This document shows positions 21,533 through 34,149 of a stretch of DNA of 64,000 nucleotides, one piece after another. The DNA is from Heteronotia binoei (Eukaryota): the NCBI RefSeq assembly GCF_032191835.1, contig NC_083238.1:23870001-23934000 (forward strand), read 5' to 3'. Each line of letters starts with the position of its first letter. Within the stretch, counting starts at the first letter, position 1. The notes below the pieces were generated by a model. It was not told the origin of the DNA. It saw only the letters and a program-made list of their open reading frames with translations, and made no database searches. The position numbers and the translations under genes are program-made.

Positions 21533-21840
21533 CATGGGGTCCTCAACCTTTTCTTTTTCTTTTTTTTTGCCTCTGGGCACATTTGGTGTTCTAAGAGAGT
21601 ATGATGAGTGTAGCAATAAAATGACTGCCATGAAATGGCTGCTGGAGATGGCAGAGCCAACCACAAAAACAACCTTTAAAAAAAATCTGCAGAATCAATC
21701 CAACCTCCAGTAGTCAATCAGAAGCCTTGCTTGGCAAAACCCCACCTGGCCCCACCCACTTCCAAAAAACACTTGCTGGGTGTCATGAAAAGTATACTTG
21801 GGTGCCATGGCACCCACATGTACCACATTGGGGACCCCTG
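21533..21840. mobile_element. hAT-type MITE
   Basis: Termini CATGGGGTCCTCAAC / ATTGGGGACCCCTG; TSD CCCTAAAC/CTCTAAAC (7/8). Confidence 0.75.
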
Positions 21841-21934
21841 CTCTAAACTATAAGCCTAATCAGAAACTGTGGTCTGTATTTAATCACCTACTGACAAGTC
21901 AGCCCCTTCCAAAATATCACCATTTCAAGCCAGT

Positions 21935-22220
21935 GGGCGTTTTCGCACTGACCTTACACCGGAGCGACGTCCCTCTTCACCACGCAGCATCTGCGTGGAT
22001 TTCGCACTAATTGCTCCGCAAAACCCAGAAGAGCCGCAAAGTCCCACAGCTTTTGCGTCGCAAATGTAAACCGCCAAAAACCAGTTTACATTTGCGACGC
22101 AAAAGCCGCAGGACTTTGCGGCTCTTCCGGGTTCTGCGGAGCAATTAGTGCAAAATCCGCGCAGACGTTGCGCGGTGAAGAGGGACGTCGCTCCGGCGTA
22201 AGGTCAGTGCGAAAATGCCC
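21935..22220. mobile_element. Fully palindromic PIF/Harbinger-like MITE
   Basis: GGGCGTTTTCGCACT...AGTGCGAAAATGCCC; the whole 286 bp folds back; 3-bp TSD AGT. Confidence 0.88.
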
Positions 22221-22690
22221 AGTATTACCTCTGTCTAGCCTGGATTCAGAGTAACTTGTTTTGTCTAATCCAGTTGAACACTATGCTCATACACTGAGAC
22301 AGGACAGCAATGGCAGTCAATGATACATAAAGATGGCTGTCACCAGACATTGAAGACATCCAACTCTGGATGATCTCATTCAGTGACTTCATATGGATAC
22401 TGAACAACACTGGTAATGGTATTAAGCCTCAGAGAACTGCCTAGACTGGGATGCTTGGAGATTATTTATTTTTAAAAGTTCCATGCTATCTCCTCGGAGT
22501 CTTGCTTGAGGTGGCTAACAATTACAATTCAAAGTCATGCCACCACAGAGAATGTCCTGTCTCTAGCTGCCACCCGCCAAGCCTCTGAGGTCAACCAGGG
22601 CTCAGGAGGCTGATGTTAACTGGTGGTCCGGATAGATCATCCTTCGAACCTGAGAAAAACTCTTGAAGTCCTTCCTGACAAATAACACCA

Positions 22691-22956
22691 GGACTGATTC
22701 CCCACTAGGCTTGTTCCGGTGTCAGACCTCTTTCCCCACTGTCGCTTCCCTCCGATTTCGCACAAGCTGCCATGCTGCAGCAACTTGGCCTGCCTCTTTC
22801 CCGCAGCAAGCAAGATCCTCTGAAAACCGGTTTCTGCTTGCCACAGGAAAGAGGCGGGCCACGTCACTGCAGCAGGACAGCTTGTGTGAAATCAGATGGA
22901 AGCGTTGGGAGAAAAAGAGCTCTGATGCCGGAACAAGCCTAGTGGGGAATAGGTCC
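22691..22956. mobile_element. Palindromic MITE (Harbinger-like)
   Basis: ATTCCCCACTAGGCTTGTTCCGG...CCGGAACAAGCCTAGTGGGGAAT inverted arms across the whole length; TSD unclear. Confidence 0.8.
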
Positions 22957-23030
22957 AAGTTCGGCCACAGCAGTAACAGAAAAGTCTGCCACAAATTTCT
23001 GTCAGCCCAACAAGAAAAACTGATCAATAG

Positions 23031-23233
23031 CAGGGCTCTTTTTGTAGAAAAAGCCCAGCAGAAACTTATTTGCAAATTTGGCCCATCTCTTGACATCACC
23101 ATTGTTTCACACAGGGCTTTTTTTGGAAGAAACCCCCCCAGCAGGAACTCATTTGCATATTAGGCCATACCCTTTGATGCCATGCCGACTGGAACTGCGT
23201 TCCTATGCATTCCTACTAAAAAAAAGAGCCCTG
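23031..23233. mobile_element. hAT MITE with duplicated 5' end
   Basis: CAGGGCT...AGCCCTG termini, second left end at ~23112, TSD ATCAATAG/ACCAACAG. Confidence 0.8.
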
Positions 23234-23419
23234 ACCAACAGTATCGTAGGTTGCTGAGAAATTCACAGAATTAATATGGAAGCATTATTGCTATATCCAT
23301 CTGTGGACATAGATAATCTACTAGTACAACTAAAACCAACTTTGTCCTATAACCCAGCCTGAAGTCATAGGATCAAGAAAATATGTGTTATTTGGAAATC
23401 CATGAAGCTACTGCACTGA

Positions 23420-24940
23420 AGAGAAGGATTTATACCCCACCCTTCACTACCCGAAGGAGTCTCAGAGCAGCTTATAATCTCCTTTCCCTTCTCCTCCCCA
23501 CAACAGACACCCAGGGTGTTTTCGCACTTAGCGTTTGCTCCCCTTATACCACGGCGCAATTATGTCCGGCTCATTTTCCTCGTTTTCGCACATGGACTCA
23601 TTTGCGGAGTCGCTTTCCATGAAGCCCCGGCTCAAATCGTTTTCCCACTGGCATCGACTTGAGTTCGATGCCCTGTCAATCATTTTTTTTTTAAGCGCAA
23701 GTCTGGTTGCGTAAGGACGTAATAACGTAACATCGAGCAGTCACAGCTGTTCCTTCCCCTTCTTTTCGTGGACAAACCGCATCACGTGTGCTGCTTCTGC
23801 TCATGGATTGGCTGTAGCTGTAGGATCCTCCACAGCCCTTTATGTATTAACAGAAGCATTCACAGTGGAGAATCCTAGCACTAGATTCCCCCCCCAAACT
23901 CTGAAGTTGCGAAATATCGCAATAACGAAGAGAGAGAAATCGAGGGGTGTGTGTGTGTGTGTGTGTGGCAGCTTCTTCCTTTCCCAGCCTCGCTCCCTTC
24001 CTCTGCGCTCTTTCCCCTCCCTGGCTGGGGCTTGCAACGGGGACCTGACTGATTCCTGCCGCCAGAGCTCCCCCCCCGCCCCATTCTCTCCTTCCCCTTC
24101 TGTGGCGCGTGTGAAGAGCGAGCTCGCGTCTATTTTCTAACCGAGCGGAATGTAGCCAGGGAGAAGAATGCAGGACTCCAACTTCCCATTTTATACATGG
24201 CGATTTTGTGCAGGTCCAGAAATCCTGGTGGCACAGCTGAGGGAGGCATTGCCTTTTTAAAACACACACACATGAACGCTTTGGCCCGCGCCGGCACTAG
24301 ATTTCTCCCCCCCCCCCAAACAATGTATAATGTAGTTGCGAGATAACGCAACAGCGAAATAACGCAGGAGGGGTTTTTTTTTGTTAATTTCGAAATATCG
24401 CTATTACGCAAGAAATATGAAGTTAAAAAAAAAAAAGGCCATGCGGGCACTTTTGGGAAGCGCCGCGAACGGCTGATGATTGGCCAAGGGGGTGGATGGG
24501 GTGGGAGGACGGAAAGGGAGAGGGTGACGCCCACAAAGCAGTCGATCCGGCGTGGATGGATTTCCCACAGCAAACTCCGAGGAGTGGATCCGGTGTGGAT
24601 CCAGAGGTTTTCAAAAACTCTGGAAGGATGTTGAAAAACATACTCCGGCGTGAAACCCCTGAAGCGCTGGAGCAAACCGCAGCGCCGGAGCAACAGGTGG
24701 GAAAACCAGGAAAAGATCCGGAGGTAAATGGGGTGCTACGCCGGAGTAAACGCTAGTGCGAAAACGCTCCCAGTGAAGTAGGTGGAGCTGAGAGAGTTCT
24801 GATGGAAACTGCTCTTGAGAGGAACAGCTCTGTGAGAACTTGTGACAGGCTCAAGGTCACATCAGCAGGTGGGGAGTGGGGAATCAAACCCAATTCTTCC
24901 AGATAAGAGTCTGCACAATTAACCACTATACAAAACAGCA
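23420..24940 (-). mobile_element. MIR-like SINE split by the Harbinger-like insertion (SINE parts 23420-23513 and 24770-24940)
   Basis: Removing 23514-24772 restores CAACAGACACCCAGTGAAGTAGG, matching the SINE consensus. Confidence 0.8.
23514..24769. mobile_element. ~1.26-kb non-autonomous PIF/Harbinger-like element
   Basis: TIRs GGGTGTTTTCGCACTTAGCGTTTGCTCC / GGAGTAAACGCTAGTGCGAAAACGCTC of the same type as 21935-22220; 3-bp TSD CCA; CpG-rich interior without a transposase ORF. Confidence 0.82.
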
Positions 24941-25093
24941 AACTACACCACTATTATGTGCTTCATTGTCTTGATCAGAAAAGAAGTTTGATAATTGGAC
25001 AGGCCTTTCATTTCCAATGGATTCTTTAGCAGACACCTCATTTCTTTTTTCAGCGTTTGAGAGATCATTCCCTGAAACAAGGATGTTACCTGA

Positions 25094-25295
25094 TTTGGAC
25101 AGCCCAGGCTAGCCTGATCTTGTCAGATCTCAGAAGCTAAGCAGGGTCAGCCTCAATCAGTATTTGGAGAGGAGACCACCAACGAACACCAGGGTCACTG
25201 CAAAGAGTCAGGCAATGGCAAGGCAAACCACTTCTGAACATCTCTTGCCTTGAAAACCCCACAGAATCACCGTAAATTGGCTGCCGCTTGTAAGG
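25094..25295 (+). mobile_element. 5S-headed SINE
   Basis: GATCTTGTCAGATCTCAGAAGCTAAGCAGGGTCAG head plus family tail. Confidence 0.85.
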
Positions 25296-25818
25296 ACTCT
25301 TTTTGTTAATGGAAATACCACCACATCACAGAATTGTTAATAAGCTTTATTGCATGTTTGGTCCAACCTAGTGAATTTTCTATCAGCTTTTCTCTATCCC
25401 CTGACATTTTCTATATCTACCAAATCATCCATATACGCTACAAAATGAGGGTAATGGTCTCATCCATTGATCCAATAGGAATTACCCGTCACTCCAGGCT
25501 ACTACTAGGGAACTGCTATTTTGCCTGCCCAGATTTCTCAGAACATCCTGGAATCTTGTGTTATCTGTAAGTCTCCAACAGTATAATTCTAAGCAGAGTT
25601 AAACCCTTCTCAGTCCATTGAAGTAAATGGTCTTACGGTGCTCTGACTCTTCTAAAGGGTCCATTTCCCTTGTGGTTGGAAGGGAATAGATTCACTGCAC
25701 CACCATTTTCCTACTCAATACAGAAAACTAAAGCTGTATGTTCTCTTAACATGTGCAGGGTTCAGTACAACTAGAGACAGTCCCATGGTTGCAATGGAGG
25801 CCACGAAGTCTTGGGTTT

Positions 25819-26016
25819 GGGAGGCACCATGGCTCAGTGGAAAAGCCTCTGCTTGGCATGCAGAAGATCCCAGGTTCAATCCCTGACATCTCCAGTTTAA
25901 AAGGACCAGGCAGTAGGTGGGGTGAAAGACCTCCGCCAGAGACCCGGAGAGCTGCTGAATAGGCAATACTGACTGATGGAGCAAGGGTTCAACTCAGTAT
26001 AAGGAAGCTTCATGTG
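25819..26016 (+). mobile_element. tRNA-headed SINE (Squam2-like) monomer, older subfamily
   Basis: A and B boxes; tail CAGTATAAGGAAGCTTCATGTG. Confidence 0.85.
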
Positions 26017-26154
26017 GTTAAGTCCTGGGCATCATCAGACAAGATTGCCTTATGCTCCCAAGGATGATACATTTCAGGATGTCCAACATTAGGCCAGAGA
26101 CCTGCGTTAGTTAGTCAATGAGCACAGTGGAAAACTAAGTATATGATACATCAA

Positions 26155-26460
26155 TATTAATGATTTATTTAGAATATTTCTATACCGCCTCTTCAGAGTC
26201 CCATTCAAGGTAACTTACTGTTAAAAAAACACAGCATATAACATAAGGCACTAGAATAATAAAAGACTATCCATAAAAAAGAGCATTAAATTCTTAATTA
26301 AAAGCTCAAGTAAAAAGATATGTTTTAGCCTGGTGCTAAATGAAACTAAAGAAGGTGCCAGACAAGCCTCAGGGAGGAGGGCATTCCAAAGGTGGGGTGC
26401 CACTACTGAAAAGGTCCTATCTCTAGTCATCACCACCAGCCTCAACTCTGAAGGCAAGAG
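26155..26460 (-). mobile_element. L2 LINE 3' fragment
   Basis: Minus-strand RDRTFSVVAPHLWNALLPEACLAPSLVSF is an L2 ORF2 C-terminus motif. Confidence 0.8.
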
Positions 26461-26807
26461 CATAGAGAGCAGGCTTTGGAGGCAGATCTTAACTGGTGGA
26501 CTTGCAGTTTAATATTACTGTCACTCAGCACAAGGTATGCTCAGTCAAAACTGGAATCCATCTGCCAAAGGGGAAAATCTCATAAAAACCATTCTCCACC
26601 CCTTCCTCTGAGATTAATGAAGGACTAAACATCCAGCTGAGGTAAAATGAGATAGAATAGAACCACTGCCCATTGCTAGCTAAGTCTTGGTTTCCACATG
26701 ATATCTCATTCTCTTTTTCTTCTTCTTACATTATCACTGCCCACACACTATTTGGATGTTATATGGAAAGTCCTGATACATAATGATGAAAAGGCCTGAT
26801 TGGTGTG

Positions 26808-27038
26808 GTGGTTAAGTGCGCGGACTCTTATCTGGGAGAACTGGGTTTGCTTCCCCACTCCTCCACTTGCAGCTGCTGGGAAGGCCTTGGGTCAGCCATA
26901 GCTCTCACAGAGTTGTCCTTGAAAGGGCAGCTCCTGGGAGAGCTCTCTCAGCCCCACCTACCTCAAAGGGTGTCTGTTGTCGGGGAGGAAGGTAAAGGAG
27001 ATTGTAAGCTGTTCCGAGATTCTGAGATTCAAAGTGAA
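26808..27038 (+). mobile_element. MIR-like SINE running into an assembly gap
   Basis: Head TTGGTGTGGTGGTTAAGTGCGCGGACTCTTATCTGGGAGAAC. Confidence 0.85.
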
Positions 27039-27889
27039 NNNNNNNNNNNNNNNNNNNNNNNNNNNNNNNNNNNNNNNNNNNNNNNNNNNNNNNNNNNNNN
27101 NNNNNNNNNNNNNNNNNNNNNNNNNNNNNNNNNNNNNNNNNNNNNNNNNNNNNNNNNNNNNNNNNNNNNNNNNNNNNNNNNNNNNNNNNNNNNNNNNNNN
27201 NNNNNNNNNNNNNNNNNAACATTGCCAGCACAGTTGTCTACTAAACACTAAAGTAACCCACCAGTGGAACTCATTAGAGGGACAATCACCCTCTGGCATT
27301 GTCCTCCAGAATCAACCAAGGACATTGAGTTGAGGAGAAAATATAACTTGCACCAGAAAGTGGAAGCAGAATATCTAAGAATGGATGATTATGACTGTCA
27401 TCAGTCATTTCTTTATTAGAAGAATGCTGGATTTTTTTTTTGACAAACTTTCAGTAGTATTTTCCCATGGCATGTGGGAATATTCCTCTATCCATACATT
27501 TCAACACTTCATGTTGTGATGCCATCAGTGAGTGTTTGATAGAGCAGCAAAGTCTAACAGGCGGCTCACGTATGCCTCCTGGTGTCTTCTTGACTGCAGC
27601 ATCAAGTGACAACTTGCATGTGTGAATGAGCCATCACCAATGAACTACCACAGACAGAAGATTCCCACCACCCAGTGTCAACTGCAACACAATACTCTTT
27701 GTGGAGACACTTCACACATTCCAGTTTGCTAGCTGTCAACTATCTAAACAAGTCATGTTCATACATGCAAGAACTGCAGGAGCTGACGCTAAACTTTTCC
27801 ATACATACAAATGCTTCATGCATCAAGACCCATCCATGTGATCATGACTACTGGTTTTCTTCCTTTGCTGTTAATCTATTTTGGTTTTA

Positions 27890-28360
27890 TAATATAATAA
27901 TAATAAAATTTTATTTATATCCCGCCCTCCCCGCCGAGGCAGGCTCAGGGCGGCTAACAGCATTCATAGAATAATTATACAATACAGTAGTTATACAAAA
28001 AACTTTAAAATCAACATTGTCTTAAAACCATTCTGATTCACATTTAACATATTTTGACAGTAACGGTGATGTTCCTGGCGCTATTCTGTCAGTTTACATA
28101 GAAGTGAAGATCACTGAGGCCAAATCATTTTGGCGGATCCATTATTCAGCGTTCCATAGTCAGCAGTCTGCAAAGGCCAACCTAAAAAGGATGGTCTTGC
28201 AGGCCCTGCGGAATTGGTCGAGACTCCGCAGGGTCCACACCTCTTCCGGAAGCTGGTTCCATAGGCATGGAGCTGAGATGGAGAAGGCCCGTGTGCTGGT
28301 GTTCTGCAATTTCGCCTCCTTTGGCCCAGGGATGGTCAGCTTGTTCTTCCCAGTTGACCT
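27890..28360 (-). mobile_element. L2 LINE 3' fragment
   Basis: Minus-strand TRAFSISAPCLWNQLPEEVWTLRSLDQFRRACKTILFRLAF; tail TTTATATCCCGCCCTCCCCGCC. Confidence 0.88.
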
Positions 28361-28808
28361 CAGTGCTCTCTCTGTTTGTAATTTGTTTTGCATTTATTGT
28401 CTTGTTTTATCTTGAGTTTAAGACCGTTGGTCAAAGAAGCTGGTAAATAAAAGGAAGACCCATCCATATGTAATGTTATACCTTAGATGAGATATCTTTT
28501 ATAATAGCTCTCAGCTGAGGGCTTCCAAAACCTCCCCTGCCTCTTTTCCCTTGAAAGAATACTTAATGGTTCCTTCTAACAGTGAGGAAGCTGAACAGCC
28601 CCACAACTCTCAGACAGACTGGAGTTTGTATGTGACTTGGTGGCTGCATATGAAGAAAAAAAATGACTGTAAATGAACTCAGATAAAAAGATGCTCCCTC
28701 CAAAGGCTTTATGGAAACTGAATAAACTGTGAGAGGCATAGAAGGTTGGGAAGCTGAAAATCAGCGATGGAGGAAAAGAAGAGGGGGGATTGGGGGTGGA
28801 AAGTGCTC

Positions 28809-28950
28809 TCAAGTCACATCTGTAGGGTTTTCAAGGCAAGAGATGAGCAGAGGTGGCTTGCCGTTGCCCGCCTCTGCACAGCGACCCTGGACTTCCCTGG
28901 TGATCTCCCATTCAAGAACTAACCTGAGCTGACCCCACTTAGCTTCTGAG
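28809..28950 (-). mobile_element. 5S-headed SINE fragment
   Basis: GGGTTTTCAAGGCAAGAGATGAGCAGAGGTGG tail plus partial 5S head. Confidence 0.75.
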
Positions 28951-29295
28951 CAGTTTGCGCAATTGAGACTTTGATCTAAAGTGTAACGGGAACTTTAGAC
29001 AGATCAAAGTCTTCCACTAAACTGTGTGATGAGCTGGCTTGGATCCGCCACAGCCTTTCTGCAGACAGAAGGATTTTTCCTGTCCCCCGCCCAGGAGCAG
29101 CACTGCAGGGGGGCATTTTGGCCTTCAGCGGGAGTGGGGAGGTGAGAAAGTCATGCTCTGTGGGTGGAAATCCTTATGCCTGCGGAAACGCTCCAGTGGA
29201 TCCAAGCGACTGCCTCCTTTTCCTTCTTCTAGTCCAAAGACAGCTGGATGGAGGGCCTATGACTCAATTGCAGAGGAAACGCAAGGCAGACTATT

Positions 29296-29890
29296 GGTCT
29301 GGTAGTATAAGGCAGTATCATAGGCTCTGGGAGAACCTGGTTTGATTCTCCGCTCCTCCACATATAGCTGCCGGAGTGACCTTGGGTCAGTCACAGCTCT
29401 CTCAGAGATGCTTTCCCAAGAGCAGTTCTCAATGAGTTCTCTCAGCCCCACCTACCTCACAGGGTGTCTGTTGTGGGGAGGAAAGGAAGGAGATTGTAAG
29501 CCGCTCTGAAACTCCAAGAGAAGGATGGGTATTATAATATAGTGGGTTCTATGCACTGAAGAGGCGAGGTGGTAGCGATAAACAGCTCTTTATTAGATAC
29601 AGCAAGGTAGGTTGCTGTACTACAAAGATTGAGGAACGGGGCCCAAGAGGCCAACTATATACAACACAGGGTTTCCGTGCAAGTACCTTATTGGATCATT
29701 CAAACCGGCTAGGAGTCTCTGATTGGTGCCAGGCAGCAGGGATTTGGATCCTGCTGCCCATTGCTCTTGAGTCCCCAGGCTCCGTTCGCATGGCTCCAAT
29801 GAGCCAGGCAGGACGCCTAATTCAGTCATTACTTGAGTCCAGTACACAACAGGTATAAATCCAATATCCTCCTCCCCCTCCTCCTCTTCA
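29296..29890 (+). mobile_element. MIR-like SINE split by a solo LTR
   Basis: SINE body to 29532; tail GGTATAAATCCAATATCCTCC resumes at 29852. Confidence 0.78.
29533..29851 (-). mobile_element. Solo LTR
   Basis: Minus strand begins TGTTGTG and ends ATTATA (likely decayed CA); 5-bp TSD GGTAT; contains minus-strand CCAAT, TATATA and AATAAA. Confidence 0.7.
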
Positions 29891-30061
29891 GCTTTGGCTG
29901 CAGGGGCTGACAACAACGTACTTCACACAGATTCAGAAGAGCAAAAGTAATCCTGCTCCACATCTAATCATTGACAGCCAGTGTGGCGCAGTTGTTACAG
30001 CACCGGTCTATTCTTGGGGAGACCCCGGTTTAATCCTTACTTAAGGTAAGGTGTGCCATTG

Positions 30062-30260
30062 AGACACAACTGACTCATGGTGACCCCCTAAAATTCTTCA
30101 TGGGCTTTTCAAGGCAAGAGATGAGCAGAGATTATTTGCAGTTACCTTCCTCTGGACGGCAACACCCTAATCTTCCTTGGTGATCTCTCATCTACGTACC
30201 GATTCTGCTAAGCTTCCAAGCGGGGATGACAATGAGCTGGTCTGGGCTGTTAGGGCTGCT
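30062..30260 (-). mobile_element. 5S-headed SINE, decayed
   Basis: TTTTCAAGGCAAGAGATGAGCAGAG tail and degenerate head. Confidence 0.65.
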
Positions 30261-31129
30261 ACAAAAAAAATTTCGACTTAGCTATGAAGCTAACTTATGT
30301 CAATAATCCTTACCATGCCAAGATCAGAGGGGGCTAGTGTTGTAATCTCCCTAAAACAGATGGGGGACCGAGGCACTGAGGAAATGGCTCGCCTAGTGGT
30401 TCAGATGGGGTGAGATTTGAGCTGCTATGTCCCAGAGCATAGCTTATGCTCTTAGCAGATGTGTATCAATGGCTTTTGGCTCTGGGTTTCTCTTATCCGT
30501 GTGCCCTCATTAGTCTTCCTCAAGTGTGGTAGTCAGTTCAACATTCTTAATTTTAATGATTTAAGTCATTTCTGCTTATGGAGCTGCCCTGTGGTTGATG
30601 ACATGTGTCAGGATCACAGCACAAAGTTACACATGAATAATAGTGACCTTACATTTGAGCCTTCCATTGTTATTGCTGTTGACCGTATTTCTGATGCAGT
30701 GATGATAAAGGTCTTACTTGAGCAATTATTAGTTGTCCCTTACAGTGTTAATCACTTGACATTTAAATGCTCTGATGTTTTATGCTTAATGAAGAAAATT
30801 GTTGTTTTGTGTCCTTTCCATATGACTCTATTGTTTTAAAGGTGTTTCTTAAAGCCTGAAGAGTGGTTTGGATTGGAAATCAAAAGAAATATTTCTCATG
30901 ACCCTAAGAATTTGAGATCCAAAGTAAGATGTCCCTAGGCCTGAAGCTCTTCTACAGTATGAGCTCACTTAAGTGATACTTAGGGGACACTGTCCCAATC
31001 TCTTCCCTGTTGGCATTTCTTGTCTTAAATTGAACCAGTTGCCACTCCAATCACCAAAGCAATAGATGGAGAAGAAATATGGGACATCTTCTCTACTGTA
31101 GAACATAATGGTCCAATGGCATGGATGCC

Positions 31130-31520
31130 ATGGACAGCACATATACAACTTGTGCTGCGCCAGCTACACTTGCTTCCAGTTGAGTCATATTCAAGGTACT
31201 AGAATCAGATTCAAGGTAGAGTCAGATTCGACCTTCAAGGTCTTGAGCAGTCTGGGACCAATGTACCTGCAGGACTACCTCCTCCATTATGTTCTTGGGA
31301 GAGTGTTATGCTCTGTTGGCAGCAATTTGCCGGTGATCTCTGGCCCCAAAGTGGTCCGACTGTCCTCAATAAGGGCCAGAGCTTTCTCAACTCTGGCTCC
31401 AACCTGGTGGAACTCTCTGCCAGAGGACATCTAGGCCCTATAAGATCTTAGATAATTCCACAGGGCTGGTAAGACCTGGTTCCACCAGGCTTTGGACCGA
31501 GGACAGCAATGGCTGGCACC
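31130..31520 (+). mobile_element. L2 LINE fragment (3' tail probably continues at ~32130-32250)
   Basis: ORF contains GPMYLQDYL...RARAFSTLAPTWWNSLPEDI. Confidence 0.8.
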
Positions 31521-31559
31521 TTTTCTCCCCACCCTCACCCAGAATGCTCCAATATTCTC

Positions 31560-32093
31560 TTCTCTGGTAAGACCTCACTTGGAGTATTGTGTTCAGTTTT
31601 GGGCACCACATTTTAAGGATATAGGCAAGCTGGAACGGGTCCCGAGGAGGGTGACGAAGATGGTGAGACCACGTCCTATGAGGAAAGGTTGAAGGAGCTG
31701 GGGATGTTTGGCTTGGAGAGGAGGCGGATGAGAGGTGATATGATCACCATCTTCAAGTACTTGAAGGGCTGTCATATGGAGGATGGTGTGGAATTGTTTT
31801 CTGTGGCCCCAGAAGGTAGGACCAGAACCAATGGGTTGAAATTAAATCAAAAGAGTTTCCGGCTCAACATTAGGAAGAACTTCCTGACAGAGTGATTCCT
31901 CAGTGGAACAGGCTTCCTCGGGATGTGGTGGGCTCTCCTTCCTTGGAGGTTTTTAAACAGAGGCTAGATGGCCATCTGATAGCAATGAAGATCCTGTGAA
32001 TTTAGGGGGAGGTATTTGTGGGTTTCCTGCATTGTGCAGGGAGTTGGACTAGATGACCCTGGAGGTCCCTTCTAACCATGATTCTATGATTCT
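31560..32093 (+). mobile_element. CR1 LINE 3' fragment
   Basis: [19 protein letters not shown]...LGMFGLERRRMRGDMITIFKYLKG; ATTCTATG tail. Confidence 0.93.
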
Positions 32094-32279
32094 GGATGAA
32101 GAACAGGATGCAATTGCCAGGATGCAATTGGAGTTTTAGAAGTCTATTGTTTCAATGTGTATTATTGTATTGTTTTAATCTATATGCTGTTTTTACTTGA
32201 TGTACATCGCCCAGAGCCAGGCTTAGGCTAGGATAGGGTGATTCAATAAATCGAAATCATCGTCGTCGTCATCATCAGT

Positions 32280-32464
32280 TCTCCACTTGCAGCTGCTGGA
32301 ATGGCCTTGGGTTAGCCATAGCTCTCGTAGGAGTTGTCCTTGAAAGGGCAGCTGCTGTGAGAGCCGTCTCCGCCCCACCCACCTCACAGGATGCCTGTTG
32401 TGGGGGAAGGAGATAAAGGAGATTGTAAGCCACTCTGAGACTCTGATTCAAAGAGGAGGGCAGG
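32280..32464 (+). mobile_element. MIR-like SINE fragment before a gap
   Basis: CTCCACTTGCAGCTGCTGGAATGGCCTTGGG body matches the other copies. Confidence 0.82.
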
Positions 32465-33599
32465 NNNNNNNNNNNNNNNNNNNNNNNNNNNNNNNNNNNN
32501 NNNNNNNNNNNNNNNNNNNNNNNNNNNNNNNNNNNNNNNNNNNNNNNNNNNNNNNNNNNNNNNNNNNNNNNNNNNNNNNNNNNNNNNNNNNNNNNNNNNN
32601 NNNNNNNNNNNNNNNNGAAGTTTAGTTTGGTGTGACTGTAGTCTTTTTCCGCCTTTGTGGCTGCCATCAGACACGCTGTTAGTCCTCACTCTTCCCACTC
32701 CACTCCTGTTTTATAGGAATAATCGTATGGTGCCACTTTCTAGTCAGGTGACAAGAATGATTGGAGTAACACACGTGAAGACGCTTGAACATTCCAGAGC
32801 CTGATAACCAATGTGAAGAGTGATTAATATATTGCAATTAAAAATCACAAAGGGATTAGACATTTTAGTTTGTAGTAGTGAAATCTGTTGGCCCTGGTAA
32901 ATATCTAGAGGGGAGAAGACCAAGGAAGTCCAGGACTGCTATGCAGAGGCAGGCAACAGCAAACCTCTGTTCATCTCTAGTTCTGAGAACCCTTCGGCTC
33001 GCCATATGTCAGCTGTGACTTGATGGCATTTCCCACCATTAGTGAAATCTGGAACAGTCGCATGGCACCTTCATATTTAACAAGCATTTTGTGACAAACG
33101 TTTTGGGGACAGCACCCACTTCATCAGGTGCATGAACTAGCCTCTTTCAGTGCCACCTTATGCAAAGTGACGCCAGCCCAAGCCCCCTGAAACCGACCCT
33201 TTAGAATGGAGTAACACTGCGTAGGATGGCACTGTAAACTAGCTGGATATGCATTTTGAGCACAGTCCAGAACTCTACTGAATTCTGTGCTAGTTTTTCA
33301 TCATATCATACTTTCCCTTGGCTTAGATCCTACCAGCTTTTCTGCGACTGACAGCTCCCTTGAACAGCAAAAGTCTATGCTGGGGAAGAATCACGGAAAC
33401 ATCATGGACAACAGACAGGTAGGGCTGTAATAAGGAGGGGAGTTGAGTGAAATGCTGCAGACAAGGTGGCTAGATTCAACCTCTTGCATGTGCAGTTCCC
33501 TCCCAATTATTCCACCAGGGGCCTGACTTTCCTGTGTAGAGGTCACAGATGGGACCAGCTATTGATTTTACATGTCTCTTTCCCATAACTATGCACAAT

Positions 33600-33813
33600 A
33601 TGAACTTATGAAGCTGCCTTCTACTGAATCAGATCCTCGGTCCATCAAAGTCAGTATTGTCTACTCAGACTGGCAGCGGTTCTCCAGGGTCTCAAGCTGA
33701 GGTTTTTCACGCCTATTTGCCTGGACCCTTTTTAGTTGGAGATGCCAGGGATTGAACCTGGGACTTTCTGCTTACCAAGCAGATGCTCCACCACTGAGCC
33801 ACCGTCCCTCCCC
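33600..33813 (-). mobile_element. tRNA-headed SINE (Squam2-like) monomer, young subfamily
   Basis: Full head to tail, near-identical to the first unit and tail of the multimers. Confidence 0.92.
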
Positions 33814-33964
33814 AATATGGCTCAGCACTTGGGGACACGCAGTGAAAGAGGCCAAGTAATGCAAGCAACAGCTAAAGCAGGTAAGTCCTGCTACTGAGCT
33901 CCACATATCATGATTCAAAGAGAAAAGAGAAAATCAGAGCTGATATGAACCACTTTGATATAAT

Positions 33965-34134
33965 CAGGGCTGGCTCTGCCACTAAGCAAACTAGGCAGCT
34001 GTTTAGGGTGCCGGCCTTCTGGGGGTGCCGAATTGGGTCATGTGAGTCAGTGATGTTATCAGTGTGTGGGGGTGGGTGGGAGGCTTCAGAAGTCAGCCTT
34101 GCCTAGGGTGCCGGACAGTCAAGGGCCAGCCCTG
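33965..34134. mobile_element. hAT-type MITE
   Basis: CAGGGCTGGC...GCCAGCCCTG; TSD GATATAAT/TATGTAAT (6/8). Confidence 0.7.
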
Positions 34135-34149
34135 TATGTAATGGCCACT

